This document shows positions 30,538 to 39,123 of a stretch of 64,000 bases of DNA, piece after piece. Origin of the DNA: Chloroflexota bacterium. Its GTDB lineage: Bacteria; Chloroflexota; Dormibacteria; Dormibacterales; Dormibacteraceae. Every line of letters begins with the position of its first letter. The stretch's first letter is position 1. The DNA lies in NCBI GenBank assembly GCA_005887685.1, contig VBHJ01000015.1, positions 2,540 through 66,539 of the forward strand, given 5' to 3'. The translations under genes were made by a program, and so were the position numbers. Under the pieces are notes generated by a model. The model made no database searches. It was given only the letters and a program-made list of their open reading frames with translations, and was not told where the DNA came from.

Positions 30538-31425
30538 CTAGGCCGAATCGTTCCCGCCGAGGACGTCACCGGCACGCAGCCTCTCCAGGCTCTGCATGCG
30601 CGCCTCGGCTCGCGGTCCAAGCTGCCTCAGCACGGCCGCGATCAGAGCCTCGACCACGGCCGTCGCGCCGACGAGCGAGTCAAAGGGTCCGACCGTCTCC
30701 ACGCTCGTGACCAGGACCTGCCGCGCGAACGCGGATGCGGGGGAGAGCCAGGGATCGGTGAACAGGATCACGTCGCATCCCCGGGCGGCGGCGACGCGCG
30801 CGCACTCGATCGTATCCGGCTGGTACCGCCGGTAGTCGAACACCACGAGGACGTCGGTTTTGCGCATGTCGATCAGCTGCTGCGCCGGAGCACTCCGCTC
30901 GGTGTCCACCAACCCGATTCCCGGCCGCAGCAGGTGGAGCTGGCCGGCGATGTAGCGGGCGAGGGTCGCGCTCACCCGGCCGCCCAGGACCATCACGCGG
31001 CGCCTGACGTCCGCCAGCAGCTCGACCGCTTCCTTTACGTCACGGTCCGACAGGAGCTCCAGCGTGGCCGTCAGGTTGTGCGCCGAGACCTGGAGGGCGT
31101 CGTTGACCGCCGAGTCGCGTTTGGGCTCATCCCTGTACCGGGCCAGGGGAGAGCTCAGCCGGGCCTGGACCTCGTGCCGCAGGCTCTCCTGGAACTCGGG
31201 ATAGCCCTTGAACCCGAGCTTGGTGATGAACCGGGTGACCGTCGGCGGGCTCACCCCCGCGCGCTCGGCGAAGCGGGCCACGCTCTCCAGGCCCGCGATC
31301 GGGTAGGAGGCGAGCAGGACGCGCGCGAGGCGGCGCTCGGCGGGGCTTAGCGAGTCGAGGCGCTGGCGGACGACTTCGCCCACGCCGGCCTCACGCTCTG
31401 TGACGTTTGTTACATCCTGCCCCAA
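30538..31425 (-). CDS. MurR/RpiR-family transcriptional regulator (HTH_6 + SIS)
   Basis: N-terminal HTH (VARFAERAGVSPPTVTRFITKLGFKGY) and a C-terminal SIS-like domain. It lies 21 nt upstream of the aminotransferase. Confidence 0.85.
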   Translation of the reverse strand: MGQDVTNVTEREAGVGEVVRQRLDSLSPAERRLARVLLASYPIAGLESVARFAERAGVSPPTVTRFITKLGFKGYPEFQESLRHEVQARLSSPLARYRDEPKRDSAVNDALQVSAHNLTATLELLSDRDVKEAVELLADVRRRVMVLGGRVSATLARYIAGQLHLLRPGIGLVDTERSAPAQQLIDMRKTDVLVVFDYRRYQPDTIECARVAAARGCDVILFTDPWLSPASAFARQVLVTSVETVGPFDSLVGATAVVEALIAAVLRQLGPRAEARMQSLERLRAGDVLGGNDSA

Positions 31426-31446
31426 TCAAGCGCCCCCGGAACGTTC

Positions 31447-31475
31447 TTGACAATGACTCAGGCGGCTGTTAGCTT
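31447..31475 (+). promoter_or_regulatory. Putative sigma-70-type promoter for the permease operon
   Basis: TTGACA (31447-31452), then 17 nt, then TAGCTT (31470-31475), in the rpiR/permease divergent intergenic region. GGGAGGAG RBS lies before ATG 31521. Confidence 0.35.
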
Positions 31476-31520
31476 CGCCGCACGAGCCGACGAGGGAAGG
31501 CTACTAGGGAGGAGCACCAA

Positions 31521-33116
31521 ATGAGCGTCCAGGCCCAGAGTTCTGACGTCGACACACTCCATCGCATGGGCTACGCGCAGGAGCTGCTGCGCAGGATGAG
31601 CGGCTTCTCCAACTTCGCCGTGTCCTTCACGATCATCTCGATCCTCTCCGGCTGCCTGACCCTTTTCTACTTCGGCATGGCCAACGGCGGACCGGCAGTG
31701 ATCACCATCGGCTGGCCGCTTGTGGGCATCATGGTCATCCTCGTCGGCCTCGCCATGGCCGAGGTTTGTTCCAGCTACCCGACGGCCGGCGGGCTTTACT
31801 ACTGGGCCGCCAAGCTCGGTGGCAAGAGCAGCGCCGGGTGGAGCTGGATCACCGGCTGGTTCAACCTCCTGGGCCAGGTCGCGGTCACGGCGGGCATCGA
31901 CTTCGGGCTGGCGTTCTTCGTCAACTACTTCCTCAGCCTCTACATCTCCGCATGGCCGAACCCCCTCAACGCCGCCACCGACATCGGCCCGCGCCTCAGC
32001 ATCATCGGCGTCTATGCGGTGGTGCTTTTCGTCCACGGCCTGCTCAATACCTTCGGAGTCAGGCTCGTCGCGCTGCTCAACGACATCTCGGTGTGGTGGC
32101 ACATCGCTGGCGTGCTGATCATCGTCGCCGTCCTCTTCCTCTTCTCGAAGTACCACCAATCGCCGTCCTACGTCTTCACGAAGTTCGTGAACCTGACCGG
32201 TTTCACATTTGCGGGCGCCTCGACCTTCGTCTTCCTTACAGGACTGCTCATGGCCCAGTACACGTTCACCGGATATGACGCATCTGCGCACATGACCGAA
32301 GAGACGCGCAACGCGGCCATTTCGGGCCCGCGCGGCATCGTGTGGTCGATCATCATCTCGCTCATCGCGGGCTGGATTTTGGTCATCGGTGTGACGCAGG
32401 CGATCAACGACGCGGACTACGCAAACATCGTCGGAGCGCTCGGCGCGGCGCCGGCCGTGATCTTCCAGGACGCCCTCGGCAAGACCGGGGCGGCGCTGCT
32501 GCTGCTGATCGTCATCGGCGCGCAGTTTTACTGCGGGATGTCTTCGGTGACCGCCAACTCGCGCATGATCTACGCCTTCTCGCGCGATGGCGCCGTCCCT
32601 GGCTCCGAGTTCTGGCACAGGATCAATAAGCGCACCCGCACCCCGACCAACTCGATCTGGTTCGCCGCCGTGGGCGCCTTCATCCTTGGCTTGCCATATC
32701 TGTGGAACCCGACCGCCTACGCCGCAGTGACGTCGATTGCCGTGATCGGGCTGTACATCGCGTACGGCATACCGATCCTCCTTCGCCGGCTCGCGGGCAA
32801 CCGGTTCCAGGCCGGCCCGTGGCAGCTCGGACAGTGGAGCCCGCTCGTGGGATGGATCGCCGTGATCTGGATCGCGTGCATCTCGATCCTGTTCGTGCTT
32901 CCTCAGGCCTCTCCCGGCAACACTCTTGCCACGTTCAATTACGCGCCAGTCGCCGTCGCCGTCGTGCTGATCTTTGCCGGCGGGTACTGGTTCCTCTCAG
33001 CCAAGAACTGGTTCAAGGGGCCGAAGGTTCAGGGCAGCGCCGACGAGCTTGCCCGGATCGAAGCCGACCTCGAGGTGGTAGGCACCCCGATGCCCGCGGG
33101 AGCACCAACGAACTAG
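31521..33116 (+). CDS. APC-superfamily amino acid/amine permease (GabP/UGA4-like)
   Basis: A 531-aa protein with about 12-13 TM segments. MAEVCSSYPTAGGLYYW and FTGYDASAHMTEET are motifs typical of the family. Confidence 0.9.
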   Translation: MSVQAQSSDVDTLHRMGYAQELLRRMSGFSNFAVSFTIISILSGCLTLFYFGMANGGPAVITIGWPLVGIMVILVGLAMAEVCSSYPTAGGLYYWAAKLGGKSSAGWSWITGWFNLLGQVAVTAGIDFGLAFFVNYFLSLYISAWPNPLNAATDIGPRLSIIGVYAVVLFVHGLLNTFGVRLVALLNDISVWWHIAGVLIIVAVLFLFSKYHQSPSYVFTKFVNLTGFTFAGASTFVFLTGLLMAQYTFTGYDASAHMTEETRNAAISGPRGIVWSIIISLIAGWILVIGVTQAINDADYANIVGALGAAPAVIFQDALGKTGAALLLLIVIGAQFYCGMSSVTANSRMIYAFSRDGAVPGSEFWHRINKRTRTPTNSIWFAAVGAFILGLPYLWNPTAYAAVTSIAVIGLYIAYGIPILLRRLAGNRFQAGPWQLGQWSPLVGWIAVIWIACISILFVLPQASPGNTLATFNYAPVAVAVVLIFAGGYWFLSAKNWFKGPKVQGSADELARIEADLEVVGTPMPAGAPTN

Positions 33117-33119
33117 CGA

Positions 33120-33800
33120 GTGTCCGAGAAGCCAAAGATCGGGATCACGACCAGCCCCAGGCGGGGCGCGGAGTACTACGTCCCCTACCGCAAGGCGGTG
33201 GAGGCCGCGGGCGCGGAGCCTGTCGAGCTGCCACCGGGCACGCCCGCGCTCCCGGATCTCGACGGCCTGCTCCTGCCTGGTGGATGGGACGTCGACCCCG
33301 CCTTCTATGGAGAGCCGAAGGATGACAAGGTCGGACCGATCGACCGCGAGCTGGATGAGACCGAGCTAAGGCTCTTCCAGCAAGCACGCGAGAAGGAGAT
33401 TCCCGTGCTGGGTATCTGCCGCGGCCAGCAGGTGATAAACGTCGCTCTTGGCGGCTCGCTGGTCCAGCATCTCGAGGACCACGACGTCCGCGGTTTCGGC
33501 CGAAGCCATCTTGCGCACACGATCGAAGTCATCGATCCCGGCTCTGAGCTTGGACGCGCCGCGGGTGAGCACAAGATCCGGGTCAACAGCTTCCACCATC
33601 AGGCGATTCGCCGCCTCGCCTCCGGACTGCATCAGACAGCCAAAGGTGAGGACGGTACGGTCGAAGGCGTGGAGTCGGACGACGGGCTTATCGTTGCGGT
33701 GCAGTGTCATCCGGAGGAGCTGACGACCGACCTGCCCTGGGCCCAGAGGCTCTTCGAGCGCTTCGTGGCCCGCGCTCGAGGCCGCAAAACCCGACGTTAG
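33120..33800 (+). CDS. Gamma-glutamyl-amide hydrolase, class-I glutamine amidotransferase / peptidase C26 (PuuD-like)
   Basis: GICRGQQVINVALGG (nucleophile Cys) and VQCHPE (His/Glu). GTG start 4 nt after the permease stop. Confidence 0.85.
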   Translation: MSEKPKIGITTSPRRGAEYYVPYRKAVEAAGAEPVELPPGTPALPDLDGLLLPGGWDVDPAFYGEPKDDKVGPIDRELDETELRLFQQAREKEIPVLGICRGQQVINVALGGSLVQHLEDHDVRGFGRSHLAHTIEVIDPGSELGRAAGEHKIRVNSFHHQAIRRLASGLHQTAKGEDGTVEGVESDDGLIVAVQCHPEELTTDLPWAQRLFERFVARARGRKTRR

Positions 33801-33807
33801 CCACCGC

Positions 33808-33879
33808 ATGACGGGCAAGCCCGACCACGATGGGACTTACTGAATGACGGGCAAGCCCGATCAGGAAGGGACTTATTGA
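33808..33879 (+). promoter_or_regulatory. Two tandem 11-codon mini-ORFs (36-bp direct repeat x2) chained stop-to-start onto the GS-like gene
   Basis: ATGACGGGCAAGCCCGACCACGATGGGACTTACTGA (MTGKPDHDGTY) is followed by ATGACGGGCAAGCCCGATCAGGAAGGGACTTATTGA (MTGKPDQEGTY). Each TGA abuts the next ATG (33844, then 33880), and all three are in one frame. Confidence 0.5.
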
Positions 33880-35214
33880 ATGCTGACCAAGGAGCACCTC
33901 GCTCACCAGGTCGCCGAAGGCGCGATCGACACCGTTGTCGTCGCCTTCACCGATATGCAGGGCCGACTCATGGGCAAGCGCGTCGATGCCGAATACTTCG
34001 TCGAGACCTCCTACGACGGCGAGTCGACCGAGGGATGCAACTACCTGATGACGGTCGACATGGAGATGGACCCTGTCCCCGGCTACCAGATGGCCAACTG
34101 GGCCAGCGGCTACGGCGACTTCGACATGGTGCCGGACTTCAACACGCTGCGGGTCCTCCCGTGGCTCGACGCCACGGCGATGGTTCTCTGCGACGTGGCC
34201 TGGCATGACGGGAAGCCCGTGCGACCGTCCCCCCGCCAGATCCTGCGGGCCCAGATCGAGCGCGCGCGCAAGCTCGGTTTCGAGCCCATGTTCGGCTCAG
34301 AGCTCGAGTTCTACCTGCTCAAAGAGACGTTCGCGGAAGCGCACGCAAAGCACTTCATCGACCTCACCCCATCCGTTCCGTACATCCTCGACTACCACAT
34401 CCTGGCCACGTCTTACGACGAGCCTTTCATCCGCGCCGTCCGCAAGGCGATGAAGGCGGCCGGCATTCCCGTCGAGAGCTCGAAGGGCGAGGCGTGGCCG
34501 GGACAGCAGGAGATCAACTTCCGCTTCAGCGACGCGTTGGCGATGGCCGACAACCACGTGATCTACAAGAACGGGATCAAGGAGATGGCGCACCAGCAGG
34601 GTTGTTCGGTGACCTTCATGGCAAAGCCCGACCACCGCTGGATCGGGAGCTCGTGCCACGTGCACTCGAGCCTCTGGAAAGACGGCCGGAACGTGTTCGA
34701 CGGGGAGTCGCCGGTTTTCAAGCAGTACCTGGCCGGGCACATAGCATTTGCGTCGGAGATGGCCATCTTTCTCGCCCCCAACGTCAATTCCTACAAGCGC
34801 TTCGCCGCCGGCAGCTGGGCTCCGACGACACTGGCGTGGGGCCACGACAATCGCACATGCGGATTCCGGATCGTCGGCCACGGCCAGCACCTGCGCACCG
34901 AGTCGCGCATCCCGGGTGCGGACGCCAATCCATACCTGTGTTTCGCGGCGTTGCTTGCCGCGGGCCTGAGCGGTATCGAGGAGAATCTGACGCTGCCACC
35001 TGAGTTCAAGGGCAATGCTTATGAGTCCGACGTGCAGCGCTTTCCGCATGCGCTGCGAGATGGGATCGCCGCGCTCGAGAGCGGCAAGATGGCGCGCCCG
35101 GCATTCGGTGATGACGTGATCGACCACTACCTCAACTACGCGCGCACGGAGCAGGCGCTGTTCGACAAGGTCGTCACCACGTATGAGCGCGAGAGGCTCT
35201 TCGAGCGTGGGTAG
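33880..35214 (+). CDS. Glutamine synthetase-family gamma-glutamyl-amine ligase (PuuA/GlnA3/GlnA4-like)
   Basis: GS beta-grasp plus catalytic domain: MFGSELEFYL, GQQEINF, KPDHRWIGSSCHVHSSLW, NSYKRF and ESRIPGADANPY. Confidence 0.85.
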   Translation: MLTKEHLAHQVAEGAIDTVVVAFTDMQGRLMGKRVDAEYFVETSYDGESTEGCNYLMTVDMEMDPVPGYQMANWASGYGDFDMVPDFNTLRVLPWLDATAMVLCDVAWHDGKPVRPSPRQILRAQIERARKLGFEPMFGSELEFYLLKETFAEAHAKHFIDLTPSVPYILDYHILATSYDEPFIRAVRKAMKAAGIPVESSKGEAWPGQQEINFRFSDALAMADNHVIYKNGIKEMAHQQGCSVTFMAKPDHRWIGSSCHVHSSLWKDGRNVFDGESPVFKQYLAGHIAFASEMAIFLAPNVNSYKRFAAGSWAPTTLAWGHDNRTCGFRIVGHGQHLRTESRIPGADANPYLCFAALLAAGLSGIEENLTLPPEFKGNAYESDVQRFPHALRDGIAALESGKMARPAFGDDVIDHYLNYARTEQALFDKVVTTYERERLFERG

Positions 35215-35974
35215 GCTCGAAGGCAAAGTAGCCGTCATCACCGGTGCCGCGGGCGGCATCGGGCGCGAGGCGGCGCTCCTGTTCTCGTCCGAGGGCGCAA
35301 AGGTGTGCGTGGCGGACGTGGGACGCGAGGCGGGGGAGAAGACCGCCTCGGAGTGCCGGGATGCGTTCTTTTTCGCCGCGGACGTCAGCGATCCCGGAAG
35401 CGTGCAGGCGATGTACGCCGAGACCGAGAAGCGTTACGGGCGCATCAACGTCCTCTACAACAACGCGGGCATCATGCCGCCCGACGACGACTCCATCCTC
35501 ACCACCGAACCCGATGCCTGGGACCGGGTGCAGGCCGTGAACGCGAAGGGTGTCTTTCTGTGCTGCAAGTACGGCATCCCTTATCTGCTCAAGGCGGGCG
35601 GCGGTTCGGTCATCAACGTGGCGTCGTTCGTCGCGCTGATGGGAGCAGCCACCTCACAGATTGCATACACGGCGTCGAAGGGCGCGGTGCTCTCGATGAG
35701 CCGCGAGCTGGCGGTGCAGTTCGCCCGCCAGGGTGTGCGCGTGAACGCGCTGTGTCCCGGACCGGTGGAGACGCCGCTCCTGATGCGCATCTTCAATGAG
35801 GATCCGGGCGCATATCAGCGCCGTCGCGTGCACCTGCCGATGGGCCGGCTGGCCAAGGCGCGCGAGATAGCCAACGCGGCCCTGTTCCTGGCCGGCGAAG
35901 AATCGAGCTACGTGAATGGCGCGACGTTCATGGTCGACGGGGGCCTGACGGCGGCATACGTAACGCCGGAATAA
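35207..35974 (+). CDS. Short-chain dehydrogenase/reductase (SDR)
   Basis: TGAAGGIG, NNAGI and YTASK. GTG 35207 overlaps the GS stop by 8 nt (the alternative is ATG 35183). Confidence 0.9.
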   Translation: MGRLEGKVAVITGAAGGIGREAALLFSSEGAKVCVADVGREAGEKTASECRDAFFFAADVSDPGSVQAMYAETEKRYGRINVLYNNAGIMPPDDDSILTTEPDAWDRVQAVNAKGVFLCCKYGIPYLLKAGGGSVINVASFVALMGAATSQIAYTASKGAVLSMSRELAVQFARQGVRVNALCPGPVETPLLMRIFNEDPGAYQRRRVHLPMGRLAKAREIANAALFLAGEESSYVNGATFMVDGGLTAAYVTPE

Positions 35975-35976
35975 TT

Positions 35977-35999
35977 CCCTCTCCCCACAGGGGAGAGGG
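35977..35999 (+). terminator. Perfect GC-rich hairpin after the SDR gene (intrinsic-terminator-like, no U-tract)
   Basis: CCCTCTCCCC-aca-GGGGAGAGGG, starting 3 nt after TAA 35972-35974. Confidence 0.4.
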
Positions 36000-36040
36000 T
36001 CCAGGGAGAGGGGCGTGCGCAGTAACTCACCGGCGTATCC

Positions 36041-36508
36041 GTGTTCGTGCCAATGCCGAAGTCATTTCTCTTTGTGGTTCTGCTGGCTTCGGTGTCCTGC
36101 GGAGGCTCGGGCTCGCCGGCCTCGACGTCGCCATCCGCTAGCGTCCCCGCCGCCACGGTCGCGACGGCCCAGAACACGAAGCTCGGGCAGATCCTGGTCG
36201 ATGGCAACGGCCGCACGCTCTATCTCTTCGAGGCCGACACGAGCAGCGCTTCGACCTGTTACGGGTCATGCGCGACCTACTGGCCTCCGCTCCTCACCGG
36301 CGGACCTCCGCAGGCGGGAGCCGGCGCCAAGGCGTCGCTGCTCGGCACGACGAAGCGCAACGACGGCACGACCGAGGTGACGTACGCCGGCCACCCTCTC
36401 TACTACGTCGTCACAGATCACAATCCCGGAGATGCAACCGGACAGCGAGTCAACAACTTCGGCGCCGCCTGGGACGTCGTCGGGCCGGACGGAAAGCAGA
36501 TCGTCTGA
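36041..36508 (+). CDS. Secreted/lipoprotein with COG4315-type repeat (Lipoprotein_15-like)
   Basis: Signal-like MFVPMPKSFLFVVLLASVSCGGSGS, then two copies of ...G.TLY.F..D....S.CYG.CA..WPP (ILVDGNGRTLYLFEADTSSASTCYGSCATYWPPL; VTYAGHPLYYVVTD). Confidence 0.7.
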   Translation: MFVPMPKSFLFVVLLASVSCGGSGSPASTSPSASVPAATVATAQNTKLGQILVDGNGRTLYLFEADTSSASTCYGSCATYWPPLLTGGPPQAGAGAKASLLGTTKRNDGTTEVTYAGHPLYYVVTDHNPGDATGQRVNNFGAAWDVVGPDGKQIV

Positions 36509-36536
36509 TCCCCGTCGGGGAATAGTCCGCGATGCG

Positions 36537-37166
36537 ATGGGCATCGCGATCGCAAGCGGCGCATACGCGATCTCCTTCGGAGCGATCTCGACCGCGGCCG
36601 GGCTCTCCCTGCTGCAGACCTGCGCGCTGTCCATCCTCATGTTCACCGGTGCGTCGCAGTTCGCGATGGTCGGCGTCATCGGCGCGGGCGGAAGTGTGTG
36701 GGCCGGCGCCGCCACCGCCGCGCTGCTGGGCTCTCGCAACGCGCTGTACGGACTGCGCCTGTCGTCGCTGCTGGAAGCCAGAGGCCGGCGCCGCCTGGGG
36801 GCGGCTCATTTCGTGATCGATGAGACCACCGCCATGGCCATCGCACGCGACGAGCCGGCCGCGAGCCGCTTCGCTTTCTGGACAACAGGCGTGGCTCTTT
36901 TCACGTTCTGGAACCTCGGCACATTGCTCGGCGCGCTGGCGACGCACATCGTCTCGAACCCGAAGCTGCTCGGGCTCGATGCCGCGCCGCCCGCAGCGTT
37001 CCTCGCGTTGCTCGCACCGCGACTGCGGGCGCGGGAGCCGCTGGCGATCGCGCTCGCGGCCGCCGTGGTGGCGATCGCCGTCCTGCCGTTCGTGCCGGCG
37101 GGCGTTCCTCTGCTCATCGTTGCGCTGCTTGTCGCGCTCTTCGGTTGGTTGAGGAAGCCAGATTGA
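36537..37166 (+). CDS. azlC: AzlC-family branched-chain amino acid exporter subunit
   Basis: GIAIASGAYAISFGAISTAAGLS...ILMFTGASQFAMVGV. The start is uncertain: ATG 36537, ATG 36432 (a 77-nt overlap with the upstream gene), or a near-cognate ATA at 36522. Confidence 0.75.
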   Translation: MGIAIASGAYAISFGAISTAAGLSLLQTCALSILMFTGASQFAMVGVIGAGGSVWAGAATAALLGSRNALYGLRLSSLLEARGRRRLGAAHFVIDETTAMAIARDEPAASRFAFWTTGVALFTFWNLGTLLGALATHIVSNPKLLGLDAAPPAAFLALLAPRLRAREPLAIALAAAVVAIAVLPFVPAGVPLLIVALLVALFGWLRKPD

Positions 37167-37462
37167 TCTGGGCCGGCGTGATCGCCGCGTCGGCGGCGTG
37201 CTACGGGCTGAAGCTGGCGGGCATCTCCCTGCCCCAGAGCTGGCTCCAGGATGCGCGCCTGCAGCGAACCATCCCGCTGATTCCCATCGCACTGCTGGCC
37301 GCGCTGGTGGCCACGCAAACGTTTTCGACGGGCCGGCACCTCGTGCTCGACGTCCGCGCCGCGGCTCTGGCGGTGGCGATCATCGCGGTCCTGCTGCGGG
37401 CTCCATTCCTGGTCGTGGTCGCTGCAGCTGCCGCCACGGCCGCGTTACTGCGTCTGATCTAA
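37163..37462 (+). CDS. azlD: AzlD-family small membrane protein
   Basis: LIWAGVIAASAACYGLKLAG...: four hydrophobic segments directly after azlC. TTG 37163 overlaps the azlC TGA, with GAGGAAG 5 nt upstream (the alternative is TTG 37145). Confidence 0.7.
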   Translation: MIWAGVIAASAACYGLKLAGISLPQSWLQDARLQRTIPLIPIALLAALVATQTFSTGRHLVLDVRAAALAVAIIAVLLRAPFLVVVAAAAATAALLRLI

Positions 37463-37471
37463 CCTCGCTCT

Positions 37472-38692
37472 ATCGCGACGCCGCTGCGGAAGAACCGGGA
37501 CTTCCAGCTGCTCTGGTCCGGCCAGGCGGTGTCGGTGATCGGTTCCCGCGTGTCCCAGATCGCCTATCCGCTGCTCGTGCTGGCGATGACCGGGTCGCCC
37601 GCTGCCGCGGGCCTGGTCGGCTTCATCGGCACGCTGCCTTACATCCTGTTTCAGCTGCCCGCCGGCGCTGTGATGGATCGCGTCAACCGCCGGCGGCTGA
37701 TGATCGCGTGCGACGTCGTGCGATTGGTCGCCCTCGGCAGCATTCCGCTCGCGGGATGGCTCGGACGACTCACCATTGCGCAGATCACGATCGTCGCGTT
37801 CGTTGAAGGTTCGATGTTCGTGTTTTTCCGGCTGGGCGAGGTGGCCGCGATCAGGGTCGTGGTTCCGCCCGAGCAACACTCCGCCGCGTTGTCGCAAAAC
37901 GAGGCGCGGTTGAGGGCGGCGACGCTGCTCGGCAATCCAATCGGCGGTTTTCTTTTCGACGCCGGCCGCACCGTGCCGTTCCTCGCCGATGCGCTCACCT
38001 ATGTCGCCTCGTTGGTCACGCTGCTACTCATTCGAGCGCCGTTCGAGGAGACGCGCGCGGAGGAGCGGCGAAACGTGGTGGCCGAGATCCAGGAGGGGAT
38101 CAGGTGGCTCTGGGGCCAGCACTACATCCTGATCGTCAACCTTGCCGCGTCCGCGACCAACGGGCTGATCCAGATCGTGATCCTCGTGGTCATCGTCGCC
38201 GAACGGCAGCGCGGCGCATCGGGCACGCTGATCGGCCTGATCCTCGCCGGCTTTGGCGTCGGTGGGCTGGCCGGCGCGCTGTCAGGGGGATGGATTGCGA
38301 AGCGTCTTCGGCCCAACACCGTCGTCCTGACCACGTTGTGGATCTGGGCCACCCTGACCGCGGCCGTCGGCCTGGTGGGCAACGCCATCCTCCTTACCGC
38401 CCTGCTCGCCAGCCTCGCCTTCATGGGCGCGGTGTGGAACATCGCCATCGGCACGATCTATTACCGGGTCGTGCCGGACCGGCTGATCGCGCGGGTTTCG
38501 AGTGTCGGTTCGCTGACCGCGTTCGGCGCGCTTCCTCTGGGGGCGCTTGCAGGTGGCTTGCTGATCCAGTGGGTCGGCCCGGCGACGGCTGGATTGATCG
38601 CCGGGGCCGGCATGCTGCTGGTTGCGCTGCTCACCACCGCCGCCCCCAGCGTCCGCCATGGACCGGCCATTTCGCCGGTGGCCGGTTCATGA
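37472..38692 (+). CDS. MFS transporter (MFS_3/EntS-like); the start codon is unresolved (ATC 37472 proposed; first canonical start is GTG 37529)
   Basis: The family-typical N-terminus TPLRKNRDFQLLWSGQAVSVIGSRVSQIAYPLLVL lies partly upstream of GTG 37529. The protein has 12 TM-like segments. Confidence 0.75.
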   Translation: MATPLRKNRDFQLLWSGQAVSVIGSRVSQIAYPLLVLAMTGSPAAAGLVGFIGTLPYILFQLPAGAVMDRVNRRRLMIACDVVRLVALGSIPLAGWLGRLTIAQITIVAFVEGSMFVFFRLGEVAAIRVVVPPEQHSAALSQNEARLRAATLLGNPIGGFLFDAGRTVPFLADALTYVASLVTLLLIRAPFEETRAEERRNVVAEIQEGIRWLWGQHYILIVNLAASATNGLIQIVILVVIVAERQRGASGTLIGLILAGFGVGGLAGALSGGWIAKRLRPNTVVLTTLWIWATLTAAVGLVGNAILLTALLASLAFMGAVWNIAIGTIYYRVVPDRLIARVSSVGSLTAFGALPLGALAGGLLIQWVGPATAGLIAGAGMLLVALLTTAAPSVRHGPAISPVAGS

Positions 38693-38784
38693 TCCGGATC
38701 GAGGTCCCGCCTGGCTTTGGGCGCGTCAAGAGCCTAGTCTGGTGACAGGACGCCGTCGGTCACGTTCCAAGGAGGTATGCCGCC

Positions 38785-39114
38785 ATGGAGTTTGTAGTGA
38801 TCCTGCGTGCGCTGGACTCGACCAACATTCCGGCGCCGGCCACGATTGCGTTGGCCAAGCAGACGTTCCAGATGTTTGCTTCCAACCAGGACTCGCGAAT
38901 CAAGCAGATCTATCCGTTCGCCGGTGAAAGGGCGGGCGTGCTGATCGTGGATGTGAAGTCAGGCGACGAGTTGCAGGATGTCTTGGGCAATCTGCCGTTC
39001 GCCGGATTCACGAAGGCTGAGATCCACCCCATCGGCAGCGTGCAGTCTTCGATCAAGTCCCTGGAGGCCGCGGAGCGCAGGATCGCCTCGATGGCCCCCG
39101 CGGGAGCGCGCTAA
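38785..39114 (+). CDS. Small muconolactone-isomerase-like (ferredoxin-fold) protein
   Basis: 109 aa. MEFVVILRA...IYPFAGERAGVLIVDVKSGDELQDVLGNLPFAGFTKAEIHPI parallels the CatC layout. AAGGAGG lies 10 nt upstream. The functional call is weak. Confidence 0.55.
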   Translation: MEFVVILRALDSTNIPAPATIALAKQTFQMFASNQDSRIKQIYPFAGERAGVLIVDVKSGDELQDVLGNLPFAGFTKAEIHPIGSVQSSIKSLEAAERRIASMAPAGAR

Positions 39115-39123
39115 CAAGCGCAA

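Noticed and set aside
28990-31350. A 786-aa plus-strand ORF spanning the ligase, aminotransferase and RpiR genes.
   Set aside because: It is antisense to three minus-strand genes with clear family motifs, and its own translation is Arg/Asp/Gly-rich without recognisable domains.
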